Shown: piece after piece, positions 36,801 through 48,779 of the stretch | Layout: the number at the start of each line of letters is the position of its first letter | How positions within the stretch are numbered: the stretch's first letter is position 1 | From: Botryllus schlosseri | Taxonomy: Eukaryota | Assembly: GCA_051294905.1 (NCBI GenBank) | Contig: CM119378.1 | Span: 2,482,001-2,546,000, forward strand | DNA length: 64,000 nucleotides | Reading direction: 5' to 3' | Made by a program: the position numbers and the translations under genes | Notes under the pieces: model-generated | The model's database searches: none | Seen by the model: the letters and a program-made list of their open reading frames with translations, nothing else | What the model was told of the DNA's origin: nothing

Positions 36801-38808
36801 CCTATCTATTCATCACGTCGCATTGTGTCTTGTGTGTATTGTACATTGCGTGTCTTGATCGGATGGAAATAGTAAAAATCGCTGATTACGGGATGATGAT
36901 ATCGCACAGCATCTCGTACCAGCGCAAGCTTACAGTGCGCTTTATTGCTATTTCAAGTAGAAATGGACGTTGTAAAGCAGTGGTTCTTAACCTTTTTTCC
37001 TCCAGCGCCCCCTTTCAAAAATTATCGTGCTCCAGCGCCCCCCCAACTTCATAATGTAAGGAATGTAATAAATACAATGAGTAAGAGGGAGGGCCGTAAC
37101 AGCACTTCGTCAACCCCCTAAAAACGATTGCCTTGCGCACCCATAACGTGATAGACCGAACTTCTGAGGGCTTCGCCCCCACAAACCCCCTATCGTGATT
37201 TCGATGGTCAGCAAAGTTTGTGTGGCGTGGTCGCCCTAGGTACCAAAATTTTCTATAGTGCATGAATGAATAGGTGGTAATTACATATATAAGTCGCGAT
37301 AAACTGAGTGAGCTGTTGTATAGGAAGATAAAGGGCACGTAATTAATAATTAAACATATTCGGGCGTGCCCGCAGGTACAATTATTCGTTACCAGGGCCG
37401 TAACAGCACTCCGTCAGCCCCCCCCCCCAAACAAAAAACGTTGGTCCTGGGCCCCCATCGGGCGATAAACAAAGCTTCTGGGAGACTTCACTCCCAGACC
37501 CCCATTAGGCTGTCCTCCATTTGCAGAAAGCCTGTTAGGTATCTACATTGGGTGGCCATTTACTGAGGCAGCTATTCTCGCCTAGTCGCGCGAGGCGCGA
37601 AAAATTTCACTAATTATTGATTGAATTGGTCAATATCATCGGGAATTGCATGTAAATTGAGATTAATTTTTATCCTCTCACTGCTCACGTAAACACATTT
37701 GCCGGTAGAGCTGAGTGAGGTGCAATGTTCCCTCTAAGCTGCGCACGTGCGCAGTGCTGACACGGTCTCTGCGCACAGAAAATCTACGTTGCGCACAACA
37801 AATCCGAAGTTATTACCTTTTTTTAGTCGATACGCACTGTTGTCCAGGGGTCAGCGCAGTGAGTTGTTGAGTGTGCGCAGACTCATCAAAACTTAAAGCG
37901 AACATTGTGACGTTTCTTGGAAACTGTAGGGCCCGTTACTAATAATTAAACATATTCGGGCGGGCGAACCCGTTGGTATGACTTCGTTGCATGATGTTAT
38001 TTCGTGACCCCCTGTCTGCAATATCAAAAAATATAGAATCGCTCAACGGGGATATCGCCCAACAGGAATATCCCTGTCGCCCAATCGTACTAAACTAAAA
38101 GACGCACACGATTTCAGATTGGTATTTCTTCACTGACATATAATTTTCCCCTGCCAGATGGAATTCGTCTTCTGGGGTTCAGATTGCCAAGACAGGAACA
38201 TTCGGTGTCAGTCATTTAGGCGCCCATGGACAATTAAACCTATATGTATTTTGAAGGCTATATGTAACGAAGTTTTCGGTGTTAATTCGCTCTGAATACT
38301 CATTAAGGATATGTCCTATCACCACATAATCTACTGCGAAGCCATTTTCCTCCAGCGCCCCCCATACCGCCCCCCTGAGCCCAGCGCCCCCCATATCGCC
38401 CCCTGAGCGTTTCCGCCCCCCTTCAAAATCGCCAGCGCCCCCTGGGGGGCGCTGGGGGCAAGGTTAAGAACCACTGTTGTAAAGTGTACTTCACTTCTAG
38501 GAGTCCTTCGGATAACTGTGTGTCATAACTCACTTAGGATCCCGATCTCGAGTTGTTCTGAATTTATAAGATATTAATCGGATTAATGCATGAAAAATGA
38601 ATATGAGATACTGCACGAAGTCTTACATGGTATATAAAGATATAGCCTCACGAATTTAATTTGAAATCGAAACAGCAGGCGAAGGCTGAAGTTTCCGGAA
38701 AGCCCGGTGGTCGGAGCGGACAAGTCGGAAGATTATGCGACTGTGACTAATACCATCGCTACAGACGACTTCAAAGAAACCCGATTCAATGAGCTCTATC
38801 ACATATAA
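27739..38808 (+). CDS. Uncharacterised single-pass type-I membrane protein, paralog A (6 exons, 266 aa)
   Basis: Exons 27739-27811, 31573-31797, 33039-33185, 33508-33618, 35953-36064 and 38676-38808 are GT-AG bounded, phases 1,1,1,1,2, 801 nt with no internal stop. Each exon has a homolog in paralog B. Signal-like N-terminus, Cys ectodomain, T/S stalk, TM (IFQILTIVLGSLLLITVIMLILSLA), tail ...EDYATV...NELYHI*. Confidence 0.85.
27926..29016. mobile_element. Non-autonomous hAT-type element in intron 1 of paralog A
   Basis: TIR CAGAGGTGGTCA; TSD GTTGTATG/GCAGTATG; absent at the paralog B site. Confidence 0.75.
29038..31254. mobile_element. Composite element in intron 1 of paralog A (nested elements from about 29537 and at 30007-30578)
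   Basis: TIR TAGGGCAAGTTTTTG; perfect TSD GTTATTAG. Confidence 0.88.
31573..31797 (+). CDS. Paralog A exon 2 (ectodomain, Cys-containing)
   Basis: ttttgcag acceptor, gtagta donor, 225 nt, homologous to 52466-52693. Confidence 0.85.
32264..32754. mobile_element. MITE with about 110-bp TIRs in intron 2 of paralog A
   Basis: TAGGGGT...ACCCCTA termini; TSD TTCTTCAA/TTCTCCAA; related copy at about 58050-59357. Confidence 0.85.
33039..33185 (+). CDS. Paralog A exon 3 (ectodomain second half)
   Basis: atacag acceptor, gtaagc donor, 147 nt, homologous to 53019-53156. Confidence 0.85.
33508..33618 (+). CDS. Paralog A exon 4 (S/T-rich stalk)
   Basis: atatag acceptor, gtaagt donor, 111 nt, DDALSSTDSTVTSTVADYTTTSS... 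Confidence 0.75.
33646..35904. mobile_element. GGATT-rich MITE in intron 4 of paralog A, containing element 33812-35631
   Basis: TIR CAGAGAYRAGC; perfect TSD ATGAATAG; removing it leaves a 67-bp intron versus 69 bp in paralog B. Confidence 0.9.
33812..35631. mobile_element. 1820-bp non-autonomous hAT-type element
   Basis: TIR CANNGGCGTAGCCAG; perfect TSD ATGGCGAC; related to 50732-52244. Confidence 0.88.
35953..36064 (+). CDS. Paralog A exon 5 (transmembrane helix)
   Basis: tttcag acceptor, gtaaga donor, 112 nt. Confidence 0.85.
36520..36720 (+). mobile_element. Headless SINE fragment, copy 3
   Basis: Matches the body and tail of the two minus-strand SINE copies in the opposite orientation. 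Confidence 0.6.
36978..38476. mobile_element. 1499-bp non-autonomous hAT (Charlie-like) in intron 5 of paralog A
   Basis: TIR CAGTGGTTCTTAACCT; perfect TSD TTGTAAAG; CAGCGCCCCC subterminal repeats. Confidence 0.9.
38676..38808 (+). CDS. Paralog A exon 6 (cytoplasmic tail, stop)
   Basis: aacag acceptor (NAGNAG alternative at 38679); basic stop-transfer RRR; YATV; NELY; TAA. Confidence 0.85.
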
Positions 38809-40938
38809 TGTGATAAATCCGACAGTGTTTGGTGTCGCGCGTAATTGATATCAACGCGAATGTAGAAAGCCTCGTCCGGAGCCTAATTATGTAACGAGTC
38901 TGTTCGTAGCCAGGACGCAAATTCAAGAGGAGATTTTCCAGGAGTAGCGTGATGACACCACGATAAACTGAGACTACAGGAATATGACGTCGCAATATCC
39001 AAAAGCGGAGGAGCTTCTACCAAGATCATAAATGCACCTGCGACCAGAGACGAAGTGGACTCAATACCTCCTTCTTTTCGCTATCCCGAACTTTAGAAGA
39101 CACGAGCGAATACTCATTTGATAAATGTCCAATCGACGATTTACAAAGAACAGTGCCAATGCATGAGCCTAGCGTGTCCGTTGCCTCAATCGTAATTAAT
39201 AAGATATATGTGTGTACTGTAAGGGTACAAAATGTGATATATGTTTTATTGGAAGATATCAGATCAGCTCGACACTGGCTGGGTCAAAAATTATTTCGTA
39301 AGTAACATCGTTTCGCTTGCAACATCTATCTGTGTGCAGTATAGTAGAATACACTACACATATAATGCTAATTCAATTACAAGTTAAAGTGTGATTACCT
39401 TTAGTAATAAGTACCCGAGACTTTTATAAACTGAAAAGAGCACAATGCGAAACACGACTACGCGCACAACTAACGGTACCGAGAAACGATAAATTATAGG
39501 AGCGGTACAGTATATAACGGAGAAGATCGCTAATCAAGTAATAATATTGGGTAACTAAATATAAAGGACGAGACAATCGGGCACAAGAATTCACCACATA
39601 CAGTTTTCGCAGTTGTTTACTGCAACATAAATCTTACTGGACATACAAATCTTACAAAATCCAGTGTTGGAAAGCATATTGGATTAAGGGTGGAGAAGCT
39701 AGCCTATCCGGGAGACTGCCGATATCGTCTGATTAAAACCGACGCCCGACCGCCACCACTTTACGCTAACTCCAGCGCACAACCCCGGTATCTCTATCAG
39801 GGATTCAAAATTCCAATAGAAAGATGCATAGCATCTATGAGATTACTTGAAATGCACGGAAAACCATCCAGTTCTTGCAGTATATACCCAATATCCACGT
39901 TCTGACGGTGACCAGTTCAGTTCACTTTCAGTTGCGTAGTTATACCGAGGCGAGTGTTCGTAATTCACAGTAAGAAAGACAATGATTCACATGAAATGAA
40001 AACAGAGCCAATAATGTCATCAACATGTTATTAAACTAATGAAACCGTTCCATGTAGGAATACAACATAGCCCATGCAAAGTGAACACGTGCAACCAGAA
40101 AGGCGTTTAGCATGGTTGCAATAGTTTATGGGGCTATCGCTGAATTGATTTCTGCTATAGCATACATGGCGTTGACTATATTGAATGATATTTGCATATT
40201 ATCTTAAATCCTTGCCAGCATATATGTAGGGTAGGAAGCAGTGATTCCCAAACTATGTGACTTGCTGTGCTCTCAAGACTCTATAATCTGTCCATCTGGT
40301 GTGGGCTTGTTCATTGCTACGCATGTATTGTTTCGCTTTGTTAATTCAATGTCGTGGCTTTATGACAAAAATATTCTGAATGACTGATTGAAACAATTGT
40401 TTCGCCAATTTTCTCAATGTAACTCGATGGTTATTTTTCATAAATCTGGGGTTAGTTCGTTGGCGGCACTCTAATTCTGGACTCATTTTTTAATGTAATC
40501 CATACACAGCGTAAGCGTATTTTGATTATTATGTAAACTCATTTCTGTTGGTCAAACACAATTCCATGACGTCGCATCATTGTTGAAAATATTTGCATCT
40601 GAGTTCCTCATTCCGGATCATCCCAACATGGTATGGTCACATACGATGGAAGCAATGTTAGTTCCTCAAGAAAAGTTATTTCCTCTATCAATAAATGGAG
40701 TCTGTATATTAAAAATTGACACTAGACCGCGTGAATGAAAATATGCAGGAGTAGGTCAAGGGATGGGGTTTACGATAATACTGTTGAATTTCGTTAAGAT
40801 TCGTTGCTCCTTGAATTTCATGAGTGCAAGCTGTATATATACTACTGATTTGAGTTTCTGTTCATATTTCACGCGATTTATCTCTAATTTGAAAATTTTG
40901 TTAGCCTTGCGGAAGACTGCAACATCATCATCACATAT

Positions 40939-41198
40939 GTTTGTTCGTGGTATTCATGGTGTTTGCCGACTACTATGGTCATTTACACGAGGCCAATTTT
41001 CATTTTATTCCGTAGCTGCTGACTTGTAGCACGGACCACTTCTAGGTTTTTAGAAGACACCGCTTACACGACTGATATGGCGAGGAGTGGCCTAGCCAAC
41101 ACTTGGGTCGGAATTCTGGAGTCGACCTCGATTGGAATCGAACCAGCAACGCATTGGTGTCGCAGCTGTGGATTATACCACTACGCTATCTCGCCACG
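40939..41198 (-). mobile_element. tRNA-derived SINE, copy 2
   Basis: Colinear homology with 20230-20538, including A and B boxes. Confidence 0.8.
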
Positions 41199-41306
41199 TA
41201 TAGCGGTAGGATACTACATATAGCAGTGGTTTTGAACCACAGGCTATCGGGGCAGTTAATGCTGCATTGTTTCGCACATACGACAGTGGCGCTTGTCGAC
41301 TTATAA

Positions 41307-42635
41307 CAGCGGTCGGGAATCTATGGATCGCGAGCCACATATGGCTCTGTTGGGCATAAGATATGGCTCTTTTCCATTTTTTAAATATTTGTACCGAATA
41401 GTATATTGCGGCAACTTGTTAGCAAATTTCTATCATGGCTAGAATAATTATTCTCGTGATAGGTATAAATGTGTCTTTGAGAGGTAAAGACAATGTCATA
41501 TTCAGGGTTAGGAGTTCGGACCCTCCTTTTCGAAATCCTCAAATTTAAGTTGCTGTGGCCCCGGCGACCACAATCACTCACGAATTCGATGTATCCGACT
41601 CGAAATCTTGGATTGCACGATACGTTGATTAATCAAAGAGAATAGCAGACATTCTGACGCCTGTATGACAATGCAGATTTCAAATACACACTGTCTTCCT
41701 GATCTACGGTGAGAAATCAACTGCCGTGGAAGTGACATTCACAATTACAAACTCAAACTACGAACCACACCATAGCTATCCCGGTTCTTGATTGGTAAGC
41801 TGCTTCGTAGTATCGCCGGTATCGGCGATAAAATGTAGGCGTGTAGCGCCACGCTACGTGTTACCACCGAATACTTTAAAAATTGAGAAGTCGATCAATA
41901 TTTAGATTTTCGGAATCTGCGCGACAGTTACATGCGATTATTATCAGTTAATATTAATTCAAAGCTATTCACGATGAATTTCGCTATCAATAGGAAGGCC
42001 TGTGCCTTAGCTCTTCACTTGATGAACATCGTTAGAAAATATAGTGGGTATAATTGCTGTGGTGACAATGTTACACTCAACCTACGTATGTGATCATGGA
42101 TTCAAGCATTTAAAAAGAGGATCACGGCGCACATATGTTCTCGTATAACTGACGAAAGTCTGAATTTTGTATGAGGCTTACAACCTCACCATTATCAAAC
42201 AAGACTACATAGACATCAGTAATACCATGCAACACCAAACACGCATCAACTGTAAAAAGTGTGTAAGTAGTATATTCGCACTTTTGGCGTTATCTACCGC
42301 TGTTGGAAATGTTAATTGTCTTAAGCTTCGAAAAATATCATATGGCACTCACTGTAATACGATTAAAATGATGTAACGTGCAGAAGTTCTATTTAACTGA
42401 AATTTCGCATGTTCACATACGGCAACTAACATGATTAGTAGGCCTACGAGTTTTTACAGAGAAAATGTGGCGCAGACGACGAATCCCATTTAGATAATTC
42501 GAATCGGCGATACCATGACGTCACGAATTTTACACTGTGACGTAACAGTTGATTTCTATGTATGGTTCTTTGGGAGTAAAAATGGAAAAATAGGGCCAAT
42601 ATGGCTCTTCGGACGAAAAACGTTCCCAACCCCTG
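41307..42635. mobile_element. Non-autonomous hAT (Charlie-like)
   Basis: Imperfect TIR CAGSGGTYGGGAA; TSD ACTTATAA/CCTTATAA; ATATGGCTCT subterminal motifs. Confidence 0.8.
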
Positions 42636-44988
42636 CCTTATAAGGTCATATGCGCCACGAAAATGACTTCAGTAATGTTCACTGTTTAGCAGCGGCCAGG
42701 CTCGCCGTTACTTTGGAATTTTTTATATGGGCCTGTGTCAGCGATGGAAGAGCCCAGATACACAGAAGATATGCAGAAACGGGGTTCTAAGCCACTTCCA
42801 TGGGCGTTGTGACGGTGGCGTATAGCCAACTCCGCTACTCGTGATGCGGTAGCAGATAGTGAAATTGCTCGCCGTTTTTGCGGAGCCGCCATATAGCATA
42901 ACGGGCCGCAAGATGTCAGTCTTTGCATCGAAGGGCTTGTAACCGCAGAAATTTCAAGCCTAATCTGGGTACACGACGTAGCACTGTCAGCTGTCTTCGC
43001 TCCAGTTGAAACTTTAACACGCGTCTTCTTGGGTGAAGTACGGTTTTTAATGATCCTAGTTCCCAGCGATTATACAACTGACCAAATAATTTATAACACA
43101 ATCCAAATTCTTAATACAAGCAAATACGAATTAAATAACATCAAAGCCAAATAGAAGCCTAAATACAATAATACGCCCATAAACTAAACGATTTAAGCCA
43201 AACTATAATATGCGACCAACATCATGCAGTGCGCCACGTGAAGTGATAGATTCGAGGCGCCAATACCATCATTCATGCGTCATAAAAAGAATCATTGGTT
43301 CTGCGACAACAGGGCTCCCGATTTCTGAAAATTAGGGATACCTTTGTAGGCTTGCATAATATTAGTCGCTAGTCTAGTATAGTAAATGATGAATCTACTG
43401 GATTTCATCGCATCAACTTTATTCATTAATTATCACCGCGCCATTTTCTTGTTGAAAAATACTGAAATAGGTATAATTTGTAATGACTGTGATGTAATAC
43501 TGTTCCACTTGCTACACCCAAAGTCACTCAACATAGTTGAGTGACTTTGACTACACCTTCCTCTGTTGTTGTTGTTGTTGTTGAAAAATACTGTCACGGT
43601 TCATGATTTGCATTGACTGTGATGTAATACTGTTCCACTTGGTCCGTCTTCATTGTTCTTGCTTTGCTGCATATTTTTGCTGTGCACACTGTGTATTGTA
43701 TACCAGTGGCGGCTCGTCCTATAGGGCAACTGGGGCATTGCCCCACCTAAAATTCTGTTCAATAACAATTTAACCATTTATAGACGCACAGCGCTCAATA
43801 TATATCGAGATCACAGCGAAACCCGCGTTCTTCTTGTGCTTTCGCTTGCAAATGCCCATACATAGCGAAGTCTCCGCGAAAATCGAATTCTCTTCTGTGT
43901 TTTCGCTTTGTGAATGCCTAACCGGGGCTTGCCCCGGTAGCGCTCATAACAAGCTTTCACTATCTATTCTCTCAAAGCTGCGCACAATTAAGAAACGTTG
44001 CTTTACTCTCTCCTATTCGTAAAATGGCCGAGCAACCGGGGCAAATATGCTTGCTCGCCCCTAAGGTGTGATGTAACAATCGTATCTATATCTGAACTCG
44101 GATACCGTGATATGCGTTGAGTCGACCGTTGCTGGTACAGGTCGATTTTGATGGTGTTTCACACCATGATAATTCTTGAAACTTGGTATGTCATGTCGTG
44201 ATGGTGGTATTTAACACTGTCCTAAGTTTCAGGGTTTCTACTCAAAGTTTAGGGTAGTAATTCCGTTTCCAAAGTCGAGTGTGTGCTGATCGGTCATGTA
44301 TCGCAAACATATTTCACGCAAAGCCGGTATTGGTCTCCATTGATTTTAACGATGCTCCTTAGCTAGATCCGTCATGAACTTTTACATGGTATGTCTTGAT
44401 TTTAGTATCGAACGCTGTGCCAAGTCTCAAGGTTGACACTCAATGATTAGGGCAGCAATTTCGTTATTAAGTTCGAGTATGGTAGAGATGTGCGCTGATC
44501 TGACACTTAGCCTACCTAACGCATTGCGGATTTCACGCAAAAGCCGGTGTATCTGTGTTCCATACTGAGATAGGTGATGAGATGATGATATCATGAAACA
44601 GTTTACTAACATCCTCGGTTTGCATTCAAATATTTAGTTTTATTTTATATTCTCCAATGTCAATTTCACCGTGGAATGGTGGCCTTCGGGCCATTTGCTC
44701 ACAATTACAACCCCTGTCAAGCGCGATAGCTGTTTCGTTTTCGATGGCGGCTAACAGCTGATCGCTTGATCAGCCGATTCCTCAGTAAATATTACGCAAA
44801 ATTCGGCGTTGATCTGTTCGTATTAATTTTGACAGTGTACCATACCGAAAACGGTCATGAGGCTATACTTCTCGATGATTTCATGTAACAGTGTACCAAG
44901 TTTTCGGCTTTCATCCACGTATTTATTCGGTAATATATTTTCCGAAGGCGATTTTGCAGCAGACATATAGACACTATAGACCGTAAGC

Positions 44989-46132
44989 CAGGGGTGGGCA
45001 AACTACGGCCCGCGGGCCGCATGCGGCCTGCCACACCGTTCTGTGCGGCCCGCGAGAGTCTAAAGAAACTTTTTAAAAATATTGATGAAATGCATACTAA
45101 AAATCGAATTAATGCAGGGACTTGATTAAACTTTTTAGTATATTTCTCCATGATATTTTTAAGGAAGTGGTTCTCAAACTGGTGGGCGCGCCCAACTTGA
45201 GGGGGGAAAGCATCTTAAGAAGGGCGCGAAGCTGAGATCAACTGAAAAAATTTTTCGCGCTCCGCGCGATTTACATCCAATTCACAGTTGTTGTTCTGTA
45301 TTTAGTCTCAATTTCATATTTAATAATCTCTCATCCACAGTCGTAGCCTTCCATGCCATCAAACTACCCGTTAGGTTTGCTAGCATCCTGGTTGCGTTTT
45401 GTGATATGACGATAAAGGGGACACGTAATCTTTCACCATCGTAAGGGGGCAAAGTTTGGTCTCTTGCAAAGTTTGAAAACCACTGTTCTAAGGTAAATAA
45501 TTCCTAGATTACTTTTCATGTTTAATATCTGGCGCGACAGCCCGATAATAAAGCTCACGCAGTTTGAAAGGTTCAAACTGCTAAAAATCGCAGAAATCCT
45601 GAACGAGATTGACGTAATTCGGGTCACGAGTGTGATTTCAGATTGGCCACTCCAGTTTCAATTTTTTCAGTGAGGTTCTTATAAAAAACGATTCGCGCTT
45701 GTCTTAGGTAGATTCGTTCTCTGTATGCGTAGAATTAGGGTATTTATATTTTATCCACACACTGTACAAACGTGTTTGAAGCTAACATGGTTATGATGCT
45801 GTCAGCATTGTGTATCCAGGAACTGAACCAAAAGTGGAATTAACAAATCTATGAACCGATCGCTGCTGACACCGACTTTCATCTCTATAGTTTTGACAAA
45901 TCGGTTGTTGAGGTCGACCAGCCTATGAAATCTCGCCACTGTTTCTGGCGCATGTACGATATCATCAACGAAATGCTTGGTTTGTTTTTTAATAAGCATC
46001 TACATGTCATCAATATATAATCAAATACCAATATTGCGTTTTGGTTTATAATCCCAATTTTATATAGTGCGGCCCGCGAATGAATTCAGATGTTGAATGC
46101 GGCCCGCGAGCTCAAAAGTTTGCCCACCCCTG
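44989..46132. mobile_element. Non-autonomous hAT (Charlie/Buster-like) nested in the large hAT; itself contains an element at 45165-45485
   Basis: TIR CAGGGGTGGGCAAAC; TSD CCGTAAGC/TCGTAAGC; GGCCCGCG subterminal motifs; inner element TSD TTTTAAGG/TTCTAAGG. Confidence 0.85.
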
Positions 46133-46395
46133 TCGTAAGCCGTATGTGTCGTGTGACAGTCTCCAGCCTCAAGGCCAGAATCTCCCAAGCTGTACCGGGA
46201 CCGAATTTCCGAGGCTGCTATCCGTAGTTCTTCAGAATGATGTTTTGGATTCAATATGACATTTCCTTGTCCAATCTATGAGATAACAATTGCGTATGTG
46301 TCCGAACTCGTTGACCTTTCCAGTTAGGCATACGCAATCTCTCGATTTATAGTCATTTCCATTTCTGCAGATAAGTAGTCAGGTCAAGTGCGAAC

Positions 46396-48779
46396 ATGAA
46401 TCGTGTTGAATCTTTGCTCCGTACGCCGTTTAGCCAGCTGCCTTTAGAGCAAAAATTAGAGGTAAAGCGACTAGGTCCGTATCAGCCTAGAAATTGCCCA
46501 TTGATCCAATCGTACGCCGGAGGAAAACGCACTCGTGCCTTTTCTTCAGCGCATTTCGATAAAAATGAATGGCTTACTTATGGCGAGGATAAAAACGCCT
46601 TGTTTTGCTTTTACTGTCTTTTATTCGACAGTGCCGGTACCGGAAGCAGTGGCTCTTGTTGGAACAAAATTGGTTATCGCGATCTGAAGCATTTGTCAGA
46701 GCGTCTGAAAACGCACCAAAAATCCCAAGTGCACATGGCTAGTGCAGTTAAATAGAAATTGTTTGGCAGAGTAAATGTAATGTCGCAGCTCAATGAAAGT
46801 TATCGCGTATCAGTCTGCAAGCACAATGAGCTTATGTAGATAAGAATAGGCATGTTCTCTCTCGGGTGATTGATGCCATTAAATTTATTGGAGTTCATGA
46901 ATTGCCCCTTCGATGCCACGATGAGAAGGAATGCTCTCTCAATAGGGGGGTATTTTTGGATCTAATTAAATACACGGCTTCCATTGATAGCATTTTGCGC
47001 GAACATCTCGACACCGCGACAGTAGCTAAGGGTACCTCAAAGACTATTCAAAATGATGTGCTTGATTCGATATATCACATCTATCTACAGCATTTGTTTA
47101 CCGAGATTGTTGACGCTGAATTTCTATCTATTCAGTCTGACGAAACAACTGACATTACGTGTTTGTCACAACCAGAGATGGGCGGATTCCAAAATTCCGG
47201 GATCCGAATCTATCCGGATCCGGCTGGCAAGTGGAAATCCAGAGTCCGAAAAAATCCGGCTGGCGAAGGTCCAGTTCGGAATCCGAAAAAATCCTGCCAG
47301 AACAATGCTAATTAATCATATTGCAGCAAAAAAATCCGGCTAAAATCCGACCGTCACCGCAAGTTCAAAATCCGGATCCAGTCCGGCCAGGTAAAAAATC
47401 ATTGAAATCCTGCTCAGCTCCGGCTCCTGAACCGGACTGTGGCCATCTCTGGTCACAACTAGTCGTGATTTTTCGGTTCACGAAATTTGGTATGCCAGTC
47501 GAACGATTCCACAGCTTTGTGGCTGTTGACGATCGCACTGCTGTCGGAATTTCTTACGTATTAAAAAAAAACATTACAGCCCTATTCAGTTGAGTCGAAA
47601 CTTATTGCGCAAACCTACGACGGCGCAGCAGTCATGAGCGGATCGCGACATAGCGTACAAGTTTTAATGAAAGAAGTTTACCCGCATGCGCATTTTTTGC
47701 ATTGCTACGCGCATCAGCTCAATCTTGTAGTGAAAAAAATGTGCTTAGGAATATCTTCTGTCAAGATATTCTTTGCAAATCTTTCAGGGTTCTCCTCCTT
47801 TTTCTCTGTTTCGCCAAAGCGATCTGATCTATTTCGCGACATATGCAAGCACCGGTTACCTAGATGCGTATCAACACTGTGGAACTTCCAATCCAGAGTT
47901 GTGCAACGAGTGTCAGAGAGTAGGGTGGAGCTTCTGGAATGCTTCTCAGTGATTGAGAGCTCTCCTGTCTGGGATGATACTTCCATACGTGAAGCGGCGG
48001 GGCTTAAACGACTCCTGGAAGACGAAGAATTTTTGTTCTTTTTGAAGCTTTTTTGTGACATCTTCATGGACGTCGATACACTGTACAGCACTTTTCAGTC
48101 GCGTATGGCCGATGGTACTACTGCGCAATTGTGTATTACACATTTTTGTGAGGCAATTTCGCATATCCGGGCGAATGTACACTTCGCTGGTGACACAGCG
48201 CTTTTACGTCGTGGGATAAGTGTGCAAAACCTGCTTGTTGCGGCTTACGAATGTTGCGATATACTGATGTCCCAAATCCAACATCGTCTGAATAGTGACC
48301 AGTTGGTTACTTTCGCCCTGTTAAATCCGAGAAATTTCCCTGCCTACAAAATTCATTTTCCTTCTGGACTACTGCGCAGCGTGCCTCGTTATTACCCGAT
48401 GATCGACATTGCTCGGTTGGAGAGCGAGTTGACTTGTTTGTATTCTAACACATCCTTTTCGGAAATTAAAACCACTAGTGAACTTTCAAAATTCCTAGTT
48501 GAAAATTCGCTTTCGATCAACTTTGCTACAGTAACTAGCTTTCTGAATATCATTTTGACCACCCCGATTTCATCCGCGGAATCCGAGCGCAGTTTCAGCA
48601 CATTGAAACGTATCAAGACCTTTCTCAGAAACAGGATGGGCCAAGATAGGCTTAATGCGTTGGCTGTTCTCTCGATTCACAACGACGTGGTTCTGGGAAT
48701 TCCAGATTTCAATAAACTCGTTATTGAACATTTTGCTAATAAGAAATCACGTCGCGCACAATACTTATACAAGACATAA
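46396..48779 (+). pseudogene. hAT transposase pseudogene (TTF-type Zn finger, DUF4371-like region, DDE core, hAT C-terminal dimerisation domain)
   Basis: WLTY...FCFYCLLF...H..SQVH; LPLRCHDE; SKTIQND; DETTD; YDGA; HCYAHQLNL; TLWN; AESERSFSTLKRIKT...RLNALA. Broken by TAG at 46753-46755, frameshifts near 46835 and in the A-run near 47565, and a MITE at 47173-47451. Confidence 0.92.
47173..47451. mobile_element. 279-bp MITE inserted in the transposase gene
   Basis: TIR CAGAGATGG; perfect TSD GTCACAAC; removing it restores DITCLSQLVVIFRF. Confidence 0.92.

Noticed and set aside
42680..43100. GC-richer stretch with faint resemblance to a tyrosine-recombinase C-terminus on the minus strand (RSWLYATV...AH...VTASLAA)
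   Set aside because: Multiple stops and no clear catalytic motif; needs BLASTx before any call.
44020..44705. Possible Helentron/HINE-like insert within the hAT (terminal hairpin GGCCTTCGGGCC, internal repeats)
   Set aside because: Boundaries and target site could not be fixed by eye.
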